This document shows, in pieces, positions 23,241 through 36,229 of a DNA stretch of 64,000 nt; the first letter of the stretch is position 1, and each line of letters opens with the position of its first letter. The stretch spans positions 26,486,464-26,550,463 of the forward strand of contig NC_043011.1 of the NCBI RefSeq assembly GCF_006345805.1. The letters run 5' to 3'. Below the pieces are notes generated by a model, which saw only the letters and a list, made by a program, of their open reading frames with translations, was not told the DNA's origin and made no database searches. A program made the translations under genes and the position numbers. Source of the DNA: Octopus sinensis. Taxonomy: Eukaryota.

Positions 23241-25839
23241 AGCAGTCGCCCTAGCATACCAGCTTCTCCTCTCCACATCACAAATGTTATCCAAGGGAAA
23301 AGCAAAGGCCAGATATTGCTTGGCACCAGTGACATCGTAACTCATTTCTACAGCTGAGTGAACTGGAGCAACGAGAAATAAAGTGTCTTGCTCAAGAACA
23401 CAACACACAGCCTGGTTAGAGAATTGAACTCACCACCTCATGATTGTGAGCCCAACACTCTAACTGGGGAGGGAGTTTCACACAAGCAAAATAGTAAATT
23501 GAGTACACACAGTAGTATATTAAAGATCCATGAAAAAATTTTAATTTAGATATATTTATTGGAAAAAAAACCCAGCTGGGTTTCTTTCTCTAATGTTTTA
23601 CATAGTTCAACTTCCACAAGTTAATATTTGAAAAACCAAATGGGAAATTTGAAAGGAAAAACTAGTTTTTAAATATTGAGAGGCTATGAGGTCCACCAGA
23701 ATAAAATAGTAATCGAAGGAGTCCATAGGCAAAAAATAGTTGAGAACCACTGTCTCAAATTTTTTTTTTTTCTGTACTAACAGGTGAAATGAAGTGTCCA
23801 GAATTTGCCTTGATCCCAATAGACATATTAAAATATACTTTCTATAACTCATACATTTTAGCAGATGTTGCCACACAGCATGTTTTCATTATTGTCTAAA
23901 TAAATTCGCTACAGATATAGCAAAATGTGTCAGCCAGATACTGTAACCTCTTGATGCCATCTATTTTGAATGCAGAAGGCTTCTGTTACCAATCAACATA
24001 AAATCCCCACTGGATCTATGATATAAACTTTTTGTTCTAGAGTGATCTAAATTAAGACCTTCATTAAAATTTCAAGTTAATTTATGTTTACCAGCTAATA
24101 AATGACAAAATTGTTTTATTAAATTCTTCATTATTTTAAAAATTAATCGAAACAAAAGCAGTGTATCTCAACAGAAATATGGTAACAAAAGCGTTAAACA
24201 CTTAGACAGTGGGATCTAAAGTGAGCTTAAGTTCTTGGTAATATAAATATTACTATTTCTAGCTTGGTAAATTTCAAAATATTTCGAATTTCAAAAAAAT
24301 ATCAAAAGTGAAATTTGAAGAAAATGAGCATGGCCATTGCCAGTACCGCCTGACTGGCCCGCATGCCGGTGACACATAGAAGCACCCACTACACTCTCAG
24401 AGTGGTTGGTGTTAGAAAGGGCATGCTAGCATGGAAAGTGGATGTTAAACCCATGCTAGCATGGAAAGCGGATGTTAAACGATGATGATGATAAAAGGCC
24501 TTTTCCTATACATTTTAATCATAAGGAAATAACACTCACTTTCTGGAAGAAAAAAATGAAAAATGTTTGGTGTGACAGTGTGGTTAAGAAGTTTACTTCC
24601 TAACTATGTGGTCTTGGGCTCAGTCCCACTGCCCAGCACATAAGGCAAGTATCTTATGTAGATAGACTCTGAAAGAAGCTGATCATATATATGGTGGTTG
24701 TCTACTCCTCATGCAGAGTTTGACCACCTCTTGCACTTACACCTTAGATCCATCATGGCGTTTGATTTGGCTTTTTAAACCATACTTTGTATTGAAAAAA
24801 CACCCACATAGATTGCATATCCGATTTGGACCACCAAGAGCTGCAGTTAAGTTCTGATTTTTGTGGATCTTAAAATATCTTTTGGGGCATCCATTAGATT
24901 TGTAGACATACACTCACACACACATAGTAATACCTCACTTTATGAGCTCTAATCTTGATCTGGCAGAGTTTCTACAGCTGGATGCCCTTCTTAATGCCAA
25001 TCACTCCAAGAGTGTAGTGGGTGCTTTTATGTGCCACTGGGACGAGGGCCAGTCAGGTGGTACTGGCAACAGCCATGTTTAAATGGTGTTTTCTACGTGC
25101 CACCTGCACAGGAGCCAGTCCAGCAGCACTGGTAACGACCTCGCTCAAATGTTTTTGCACATGCCACCAGCATGGAAGCCAGTCAGCTGCTCTGGCAACG
25201 ATCACGCTCGGATGGTGCTCTTTGCGCTCCACTGGCACAGGTGCCAGTCATTGAATTTGATTTGATTTCACTTTGACTTGCCTCAACAGGTCTTTGCAAG
25301 CAGAGTTTAGTGTCCAATGAAGGAAAGGTACACATAAGTGGGTTGTTTACACCCCTAGCATAGGCCACGATGTTATGGTCTCACTTGGCTTACTGGGTCT
25401 TCTCCCGCACTGCATATTTCCAAAGGTCTCAGTCACTAGTCATTGCCTTGGTGAGGCCTAATGTTTGAAGGTCGTGCTTCACCACCTGGGTCTACCTCTT
25501 CCACAGGTTCCCTCAACCAGTAAGGTGTGGTACTTTTTCATTAGTGCCAGTTGCATGGCACTCATGCCAGTGACATGTAAAAGCACTTATTACACTCTCA
25601 GAGTTGTTGGCATTAAGAAGGGCATACAGCCATAGAAGCTATGCCAAATCAGACTGGAGTTTGGTGCAGCATATTAGCTTATCAGCCTTAGTCAAACCAT
25701 CCACTCATGCCAGCATGGACAGCGGACGTTAAAATGATGATGATGATGATGGTGATATATATATGTGTATGCGCGCGCGTATGTGTGTGTGTAGGTGCTT
25801 GTACCTCTCTGAAAGATAGAGAGGGATATATATATAAAA

Positions 25840-26170
25840 GACCCCCTTCGGTCATGAATGACCATGGGATTGCACCTAGAAAGTTACCCACCTAGACACA
25901 AGTCCGGGCAAGGTTGTTTATGGAAGACCAGCAGTCGCCCATGCATACCAGCCTCCCCTCTCCACGCCACCAGTGTTATCCAAGGGAAAGACAAAGGTCG
26001 ATACAGCTTGGCACCTGTGACGTCGCAACTCATTTCTACAGCTGAGTGAACTGGAGCAACGTGAAATAAAGTGCCTTGCTCAAGAACACAACACGCAGCC
26101 CGGTCCGGGATTCGAGCTCACAACCTCACGATCGTAAGCTCGACGCTCTAACCACTGAGCCATGCACCTT
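25840..26170 (-). mobile_element. tRNA-derived SINE, second family
   Basis: Head tggctcagtggttagagc...agctcgaatccc; other copies at about 6753-7090 (+), 23240-23470 (-) and 57420-57735 (-). Confidence 0.8.
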
Positions 26171-26211
26171 CATATATATATATATATGCGCCATGCGCCT
26201 TCATATATATA

Positions 26212-26275
<64 letters not shown>

Positions 26276-27964
26276 CTAACTTTTAGAATGTGCTTCTTTT
26301 TCGGATATATATGATCCACTGACTGCGTGTATGTGTGTGTGTGTGAGTGTGTCTGTGTTGTTTGTCCACCACCACTTGACAACCGGTGTGGGTTTGTTTA
26401 CATGTTTGCAACTTACCATTTCGCCAAAAAAAACAAAACATAAGACTGACAGTAGTGCTTAGTAAGCAATGGGGTCGATTTGTTCAACTTAAAACCCTTC
26501 CCTTCAAAGCGATTCCCCCAGCAGGGGCCGCAGTCCAATGACAGAAACAAAAAAAAAAGTATACATTTTATTTTTATTTCGCTTATTTTTTGACTTTTTT
26601 TCTTTCCGCGTATGTAAGCGAAAAGTAAGCATTTCGTTCGATCCCGTTCCAGTTTTTACAGCCATCAAACGTGGCAAATCACGTGGTCACTTACGTCACA
26701 TTTCTAACCTTTTCTAGAATCATCTGTACTTCTCAAGATAATTCGCAGTCGGTGAGCAACGTAAAGCATACAAGACATATTATCAGCATTTATATATATA
26801 TACACATATATATATAGAGGTGTAAAGCACCTACTATACTATATCATACTTAGTGGCTGCGTTTTTTTCCTTCACGTCCAAACAACGACTTGTTGAACTT
26901 GTTACCAAGAAGAATAAGGAAACAAAAAACGGTAATTGATATTTAATTATTAATTAATATTTCACCAAAGATACACACATATACACAAAAAAATTTATTT
27001 AATGCATCAGATTTGGTTTTTTTCCATCGGGGAGTGAAATATTAAAACTAAGGGTTAGAAATGAAAGTAACCAACCGTTCCTGATTTGTTATTTTTGTCT
27101 TATTTCTATTAAAATAGGTTAATTATTTTTTCTTCCTTTTCGTGATTACGATTCATATGAATATGTACTTTAATTAAATCTACCGAGTTGATTTTGAAGA
27201 AGATGCTTCAGCCTAAACAATGCTCACTCATATATTGTATGTATGTATGTATAAAACCATAAGGCTGTTTATATACCGACATAAAACCGAATCTCTTTTC
27301 TCTCTCTCTCTTTACATACATATATATATATATATATATCAAGTTCACATAAGCCATAAGGCTGTTTATATACCGACATAAAACCGAATCTCTTTTCTCT
27401 CTCTCTCTTTACATATATATATATATATCAAGTCCACATAAGCCATAAGGCTGTATGTACATCGTTGTAAAGGCAAATGTCTCTTGTCTGTACGTACACA
27501 CACATCGTATGAGTAGAATGAAGCCCCTTTCTTCTCTCTCTAAAAATGTCGCTAAAATCAAAATATGTCGAATCCGACTTATGTTAAAGATTTAGCCAAA
27601 CCAAACCATATGACTGGAGTGCAGAATGGAGGTATAGAAATAGAAATATAAAGAAGACAAAAGACTTAGAGAGAGATTATGAACAAAAAAATTATCGAAA
27701 AGACCATTACATTTGTAAAAATGTCACTTTGTGGGGGAATGAGAGACGATATATATTTTTAAATCATTCTCTATGAACAAATTTTTGTGTTCCCTGACTT
27801 CCATTGTGGTTAATAAGTTCACCTTTTTAACAATCTATTAACTTTTAGATTCTAAGGAAACTAATTCTTCCACCCCTCAAGCCTTTTTTGCTATATTTTT
27901 CACACGTGCTTTCTCTTTCTTTGTGTGTATACATATATATAATATATATATTATATATATATAT

Positions 27965-27996
<32 letters not shown>

Positions 27997-28790
27997 AACA
28001 AACATACGTTTTAATTTAGAAATTGAGAAAAAGTACTCAACACATAGTTTTATGCATCTAAAACAACGTGTGTGTGTGTATATTGATGCCTATCATTCCA
28101 GGTCAGAGCCTTGATAGAGGTTCCAACCGCGACTATCCCGTTATTGTATCAGTAAGCACATGATCAAAGGGTACGATCTGAGGGAGAATTATCTACTATT
28201 TCTACCTAGCTCGTAGATAACTCTTGATTAGAATGAACACCATGTGTAATAAATATCTTGTGTGTGAATGTGTGCTTAACATATATATATATATTTCAGG
28301 ATGATTATACATACATGGATGTATGATTTTCCGGTATACATGTGTTCCGGTTAATTCATGTCGATTTTGATCCCTGCTGAAATTAACCTCGCTGATTTGT
28401 TGTATATACATAAATAAAAGCCATTTCGTGAATCTTAATCCATAAAAATGTATACATATTTTCAAATAAAAAACTGTTTTGTGTTCAAAATGTCAGCTAC
28501 GCCGGTTGTCTCGTTGCTTAATTAAAATAGTCTCTATTTTATATATGTATATATATACATAAATACACGTAAATGTCAAACGATGAGTATGTGTGTGTGT
28601 ATATATATATATATATACTGCTATTTCCCACCCCCCTCCGAGACATGCTGAAAGAGCTAGATTTCTTATTTGTGTGTCTTCATTAAAATATAATATATAT
28701 ATGTATATAAACTAGTTCCACCTTAGATTATTTAGTTCTCTGTTCTATTTCCTCCCTTGGTGGTGTTAGCTCAGGAGAACATTTCAGCCA

Positions 28791-28805
28791 TTTCTAGAAC
28801 ATTCC
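28791..28805 (+). promoter_or_regulatory. Heat-shock element upstream of DNAJA
   Basis: tTTCtaGAAcaTTCc is three alternating nGAAn units. A second GAAcaTTTC lies at about 28776 and TATATAAG at 28988-28995. Confidence 0.55.
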
Positions 28806-29294
28806 AGTGAATCTGTTATTATTTGGAAGTAAAAAAATCGGAAAGAATAGAAATCTCCGATGTTATTGATCCCTTTGGGTGTTTATCTGTGGGTATAATC
28901 TCCACTCTCGGTGACAAAACAAAAACTACATACACAGTGGCGTTTTAAAAACAATCTTGTTTGAAAAGACCTTAACTCCTACACTATTATATAAGCCGCC
29001 TGGTAAACCTTTTATACTTAATTTTCCGTCAGATCTATAAAATCTCGGGTTAAATGGTTTCATATGTATATACATTATCGTGTGTGGTACATTGTTTTTA
29101 AAATACCACAGTCGGAAATTTGTCCGGCAATAATTCCATTCGTCACTTTAAAATTGTAGTTTCGTTTTTATATGTTAACGAAACAAGTATACGGAAGAAC
29201 AGTCCCGATTTCTGAGGTACATCTTTTGTGTATTTTTTTACATTTTCGTAATGATTGCGTTCGTTCCCCCCCCCCCGCAAGATTGACCGATTTT

Positions 29295-29326
<32 letters not shown>

Positions 29327-30610
29327 AATTTAATCTACTTTATTTGATTTTATATAATTCCCGTTTGAATAACATTTTAACGAGACTTATGTCTCCATTA
29401 TGAATCTGTCAATTAAAAAAAAAAGGGCATACGGAAACAATGGTCGCTCGTCTTTTTATATTTTCCCCTTCGTAAACTTTCTTAGAAATAGTTTACTAAA
29501 ATTTATCTAGTGTTTGTTTCCTATTGATAAAGACGGTTTGTTAAATAATGGATTTCCAGATTACAGGACGAGAGGAATTTTTTTCCCTCCTTCATCAGTA
29601 TTTTTAAAAGCTATCTTCTAAATTAATAGTAGAACGCCTTTTTCTTCAAATTCTTCTAAATTGTCGTTGGTGTTTCCGTTTTTTTTTAGTTCGGTTTAAT
29701 GAAAATGTTATTAGCTGACTAAATCCGAGTTGTCATGGCCTTCTTTCTGATCATTGTAACCTCCCTTCGTTTCAATATGATGTAACACTTTTACATGTGG
29801 CTAAATTGGGTGTAAATTTTCGTTTTAAAGAGGGGGGAAAATTGACACATCATGTGTGCTTTCAGTTTATACCGAAATTTACATTTGAATTTGCTACTAA
29901 TTCACGAATAGAACAAACTGTCAAAAAAATTATTAGGTTTGCAAAATTGAAACTTTTTACACATAAATCCATGGTAATTTTGTTTTCGTTACGTTTCACG
30001 GTTTTTATTTAAAATCTGCATTGACTACACAACGTTGACACATTCATAGGTAAACGTAGGTTTTTTTTTTGTCTTTTCTTGTGGCCTTGGTTTTATTTGG
30101 CGCTTTCCCGTTTCCGGGGCCCTTTGAGAAGTGTTTCTCATCGAAAGTAACGATGTTTCAAAAAAACAATAACTGAAAACAAATGACAAACGGATCTGAT
30201 AGCTCTGAATAAATCCGCTATCAGCGACTCGACAATTTTCATATCCTCATTACAACTAGGGCAAAGTTAAATGCGTTGTATCCTCACTTGTTAATCGCCC
30301 TTCGGTAAAGTTAATATCTATATTTTGTTCACCTTAAATATGATTATAATCGCTGATTATTTGGTGGGTCCTACTAAAGTAGAAACAACCGGTTTGTCGT
30401 TCAGTATAGGTGTTGCAGCTTAATTTTCAGATCAAAGTTTCTGATGCTATATTTACACCCCCTGGTGTCTTTAGTTTCGTTACTTTATTGATAGCATACT
30501 ATAAATATTAAATGTTTTGTATACTCGTAATGTCAACAAAGACGTAGTCTTGTTATTGTTAGTTATTTAGATCTACTATAACGAACCAATACCGAAAGAA
30601 TATTCTAGTC

Positions 30611-30694
30611 CAGTGGTTCCCAACCTGTAATCCGCAGACCCTTGGTGGCCCGCTAGGGTAGTACTGGAGGTTCGTGAACTAAATTCAAAATTTC

Positions 30695-30747
<53 letters not shown>

Positions 30748-30807
30748 ATAGGCATTAAAAGGGGTCCGTGGAAAAACTCATTTAAATAAAATGGTTGGGA
30801 ACCATTG
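30611..30807. mobile_element. hAT (Charlie-like) MITE
   Basis: TIR cagtggttcccaacc / ggttgggaaccattg; 8-bp flanks ttctagtc and ttctagtt. Confidence 0.8.
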
Positions 30808-30954
30808 TTCTAGTTAACACTTGCTCTCCTGTTTAACTTCAACTTTGAAAACCTGCGTGCCTTCATTCCAGTTTCGATTTGCAAATGTTCATAACTCAAA
30901 AATTTCTAACAAATGACTTTTAACATTTTCATTTTACAGATATAAACATTCAAA

Positions 30955-31086
30955 ATGGTGAAAGAAACGGGTTACTATGACACACTTGGCATTTCACCAA
31001 CTGCTACTGCAGATGAGATTAAGAGAGCTTATCGAAAATTGGCACTTAAATACCATCCTGATAAAAATCCAAATGAAGGAGAAAGA
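30955..31086 (+). CDS. DNAJA1: DnaJ homolog subfamily A, coding exon 1 (J-domain with HPD)
   Basis: [12 protein letters not shown]...[15 protein letters not shown]; donor AGA|gtaagt. An acceptor ttttacag at 30939 implies an upstream non-coding exon. The paralogue (A1/A2/A4) cannot be fixed without a tree. Confidence 0.95.
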
Positions 31087-32014
31087 GTAAGTAGAATTCT
31101 TGCATTTTGTTTTTCTAAGATTGAAATTCATTGTCTCTAATTCTTGAAAATCCAATTTACGTTGGTTGATTAAAATATTGTTTTGAAAGTAACCCAATAA
31201 TAATATTCAAAGGTACTCAATGTAAAAGTTGATGAGTAAACGTTTTATTTTCAAATTTTAATTCTCTTGTACTGGCAGCTGGTACAGCAAATAACAATCA
31301 GTTTATGTTGGACTCGTGTCTATGCTTTCAACCATTCAATTATTGCATGTTGCTGCTGTAGTTTTTTTTCTTTATTATATATCAATATATCAGCACAAAG
31401 TGACTTATATCTTACCAAACTTTTATACACTTAAAAGATCATATTCAAATCCCTAAGTTTGGAGTTAAGTCTTGCTTCTGAGAATAAAAAAAAAACTTGC
31501 ATTGGTTAAAATATTTCAAATTTAGCATTTGCAATATTTCTTTTAAAATAATTGCCCCATGTAGATAATTTCTATTAAAAATTTTCTAGCACTTATTTTT
31601 CATTCAAAAGTTTGTCATCTTTTGAATAAATTGTTTAAAGATGTATAAAAGTTTTGATATTTAATCTTAGTTCATGAAAACTGCACAGATTTAATAATTG
31701 TAATTTTGTACTTCTTTATGCTTATTGAATTTGTCATTATGTATATATTTTTCACTGTTTCAACTCCTGTATAGAGAAATCAAGGTTAGACAGTTCTGAA
31801 ATCTAATTCAGAGATTTGGCCAGATGAGTGAGGTTTCCTTTCAGTTGGGTATGGAGGAGAGCATTGGATTATCTTGATATTTTTAAAACCAGTAATATCA
31901 CCTAATTAAAACTTGAGGAAGCTATTTTTACAGCATACCTTATGAGATTTTAAAAATATTCTCAGAATTAATTTCAAGTTTTGAAGTTACACTTTGGAAA
32001 TATTTCTTTTTCAG

Positions 32015-32306
32015 TTCAAATTAATCAGTCAAGCTTATGAAGTACTAAGTGAACCCAAGAAAAGAGAAATCTATGATCAAGGTGGAGAAGAAGCAATTAA
32101 AGGGGGTGGGGCAGGGGGTAGTGGATTTGAGTTCCATTCTGCTATGGACATTTTTGATATGTTTTTTGGAGGACATGGTAGACGTAGTACGCCATCTAAA
32201 GTTAAAGACATTGTACATCAGCTAAAAGTTACTTTGAAAGAGTTATACAATGGAGCAACAAGAAAGTTATCTATCACTAGAGATATAATATGTGATAAAT
32301 GTGATG
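32015..32306 (+). CDS. DNAJA1: DNAJA coding exon 2 (end of J-domain, G/F region, first CxxCxG)
   Basis: tttcag|TTC AAA ... CDKCD G|gtaag; phase 0 in, phase 1 out. Confidence 0.95.
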
Positions 32307-33004
32307 GTAAGTTATATTTTTTCATTTGTCTTATCCTTTAAATTTACTTTTTTAATTTTACTCCTGTTTATCATGTTTGACAGTAAAATATTACTAAAAC
32401 TATTGCTGACTGACACTGGCTTTTGACTCCATTTAAATATTTACTTTATATAATAAAACTAAAATGTTTCTCTCCTATTTGAAAAAGGTGAAATATTTTA
32501 ACATCATTTTACATCTGTATTTTGTGTCATGCTTCGTGAGCTACTGCCATCATAGACAGATTGGAGAGCTGTCTTTTTCCTACCATTCCATTTTTGGAAT
32601 GGTTTCTATGCTTAGATACAACTTTATATATTTTATGGCATTAACACTAATGTGGTTGCCTTGTACCAGCCAGGCTAGCTCTCATTATTCAATGCTGTTT
32701 CATATCCTTCAAAGCAGAACTCAGAGGGTAGGTAATAAGATAAATTAGAGTGAAAAGAGAAATAATATAATGGGAGAGAGGCAGTGATGGAAAGTACATT
32801 TTTTGCTGGTAAGAAAGGGTAGCAGATGTCAATAACAAGCAACTTGAAGGAAAGGCAGTGAATGTGGTAAGATCAAGTACAGATGTGATGTTCATCATTA
32901 AACATGCCTAGGTTAGTGATAAGGGTAGTGGCAGTGGAGACTGTAAATTGAAAATGGCCATTGTTATCTTTGAAAATTAAAATTGCTAAAAACACTTATC
33001 TTCC

Positions 33005-33218
33005 TTAACCCTTTTGATACCATCCTGCTTGAAACTACCCCTGGTTCTATGATGCAAATTCAGTTTTAAAATGGCCTAAATTAAAAACCTCCAAAATTTC
33101 ATGTTGATTTGCATTCCAGATACCAGCTTAATAATAACAAAGTTAATAAATTCTTCATTTTCAAAGTTGAGACAGGGGTAGTATATTTCAACATAAATAT
33201 GGTTACAAAAGGGGTTAA
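33005..33218. mobile_element. TTAA-flanked piggyBac-like MITE
   Basis: ttaacccttttgatacc ... ggttacaaaaggggttaa; a sister copy lies at 40708-40926. Confidence 0.75.
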
Positions 33219-34372
33219 TAATTCAAATTTATTGAAAAATGATTATATCTGTGTCAATTAAATTTCTTTGAATTGCTAAATATTTTTAACCATTATTAGC
33301 AAAGAAATAATTTGAAGTCTTATGTATTTCATGACTTAATCAGAATAGATGAAACTTTCACAAGATTTTCATCTCCACTTCCTTTCATTTCAGTAGAATA
33401 ACGATATGAAGTGCATTTAAATTCTGGTTTGGATTTCCATTGTGTCTAGATTTCATATTAAACCATTTGAAATTACATCTAGCCAACTTGTGAAGCTTCT
33501 ATATAGTCTCTTAGCTAGAAATAACCACGCGACCCCCCCCCCCCAAACACTACAGTCTTTTTAAAAGTTGTGTGTTGAATATTATAATCTCCGATTTGCA
33601 AAAAGACGAGCATCATTTTGTAGATGGAATGTTGTTTTATCATAGAGCTGGTCACTCATGACTAAACAGTGTATGGTTGAGAAGCCTTGTATTCTTAAGA
33701 ATAAATTAGTCTGGATTATCTAAATTACAAAAGCTTACTCAATAGGTAGGATGGATGTTAGTATTAAAACCTGTGTGTATTAAAAAATTTCAAGTGCTTC
33801 AGTACATACACTCTTGGAAGGAAGTATGCTTCGTATATGTATTTAACTTGTAATTAGTTCTACAAACATAAATCCCAATAAATGCTACATCACACTTCAA
33901 GCATGTTAAGCTAAAATGAGGTGGTGCCAAAATTACATGAACTATTTCAAAAATGTTTTTTTAAAAAAAACACTCTGCCAAACAAATTTTAAATTCCACT
34001 TGGTTAACCACCCTTAAATTTTTCTTTCAATTTCTGTTTATGTAACACCAGTACTTCAAAGTGCGTCATTCCTTCTGGTATTATTGATACCTGGTTACTA
34101 TGAAACTGGCTTTATTGATGCCGTTTCTTTCTCTCAATTTTCTTCTAGGAATTGTTCTGTTCATAGACATTGTCCTGTAAAATACTGCATGCATTGTTTT
34201 GAGGTTCGTATTTCTTTAAAGTGAAATGCTCATTGTCTGATCAAAATCTTTTTTTCCTTTCACTAAAAAAAAAATCCATTTCTTAGATTGTTTCCCATGC
34301 CACTAGACAAACTATCTACATGCTTTTTTTTTTCTTTTTGTGGTATTACATTGCAAAATGGTTCTTTTCTAG

Positions 34373-34600
34373 GGCGAGGTGGCAAAGAAGGTGCAGTAAT
34401 GACATGTCAAGAATGTAATGGCACAGGTGTCCAAGTATCTATCACCCGGCTTGGTCCGGGTATGGTACAACAAATGCAAACCGTGTGTTCTGAATGTGGT
34501 GGCAAAAAGGAAACAATCAATCCTAAACTTCGCTGCAAAACCTGCATGGGGAAAAAGACTTATCAATCTAAAAAGATATTAGAAGTTCATATTGATAAAG
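34373..34600 (+). CDS. DNAJA1: DNAJA coding exon 3 (zinc-finger repeats)
   Basis: ttttctag|GG CGA; contains [33 protein letters not shown]; donor G|gtaag. Confidence 0.95.
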
Positions 34601-36229
34601 GTAAGCTGGTTGCTTGAGATTCTGCTGCTCATTTTTTATTTATTTATTCTTTATGATTACAATGCAAAATTGATGTGGTTGTTTTGGTTAAAACATTCCT
34701 TTTTGGGGATCGGAATAAATCTGTGTTCATGACAAGTTTCAGAAATTTCCTGTGAATACAATTCTTTTCATCATATTTCTAACCGGAATACCTCTTTCAA
34801 TTAAGTTTTAAAAGTCAAAATTTTCTATAAATATCACATGAAATTAATTGGCCAATATTCAGCTAGGGTAAATAAATGAGGCTAGGACTTCAGAAAAATT
34901 GTGCACATTATTGGATTGTTAATTGAACTTGTAAACTTATTTATATAAAATGTGTACATGTATTAGTAAAGTTACACGAAATACATCAATGTTTGAAGAT
35001 AAAATTATATTAACTCAGACCTTACAGTAATTCACTGATATCATTAGTCAGTTTGTCACCCAAGTTAAAATTACAGGCAATTTTTAAAAATTAATAGTTA
35101 ATTATATTTATATTCAAAAAATGCTTGAACTTCATCCAGGTATATGAACCTTCAGTTCCTCATTTTTCCTTTTTGATATTGTCTAGCAGTTAGTCTCCCC
35201 TTGCTGGAATGACAAAGAAAAGTCACTTGGTTTTTGAGTAATGAGAAAGACCAAGGTAGGTTGAGGGGGGGGGGTGCTTGGAGTATTTGGGAAGTTTCCA
35301 GTCTATTCTCTTTCAATTTATTGCTTTCAGTTTTTATTGTTGCGTACTGAAACCGTATTTAAACTACATCTTGCTATTCCTGTTTTGTTCATATTTGCTG
35401 TTACTTTTTAAAGTTCCTTCAAATCAAGCTGATAAGATTGTAGCGATATAAGGTGAGAGGATGGGTAAAAAAATTTGGGGAACACAATTTATGCCACGAC
35501 TGTTGGAAGGTGTGCTATAATTTACCCCCCATTCTCATTGGTGTAGTGATATATTAAATTAACATTCTGATCCTCATAAAGTAATTTCAGTAATCCAAAG
35601 AGATTGTATTGTTTCTCATTTCTGGTTGTCCATTTGATAGACTTAGGTGTATTAACCCTCTTTGTTACTAAATTGCTAACCAAAATACACTTGTTATATG
35701 TTCCAAATTCTAAAATGATCGTGAATTTAGACTGATTTCATAGAACTCTTTTTTTTTTTTCTTTTTTTATCAACATTGTTTTGTGGATTACAGTTTAAAA
35801 AGGTTCTTAACCAAATCTATTTCATAATTTTTGTCTCAAAGCCAATCTAATTACAGGTAAATACAACTAAATATAAAATTAAATTTATTTAAACATCAGC
35901 ATAGAAAATGAGTTATTAACCAAATGTTCAATGAGTATACAACAAAATTTTATGATAGAAGAATTGTGCAAATTATTGGATTAGCCAGATTGATTACATT
36001 CTCACCAGACAGCAAGATACATGGTTGCTCATAAATACAAAGACCTCCCCTTGTGAAGAATGTCCCTCCCCCCACCCCCCACCCAAAAATGTATAGACTA
36101 GTCATTAGTGACTTTAGGCTTCAGGCTAGAAGGATACCAACATGCAAACCTATCTAGAAAAGGATTTGGTAGCTTAAGGATCCTTTATATAGTCAGATTT
36201 AGGGGCACCCTAATTGACCTACAGACTTG

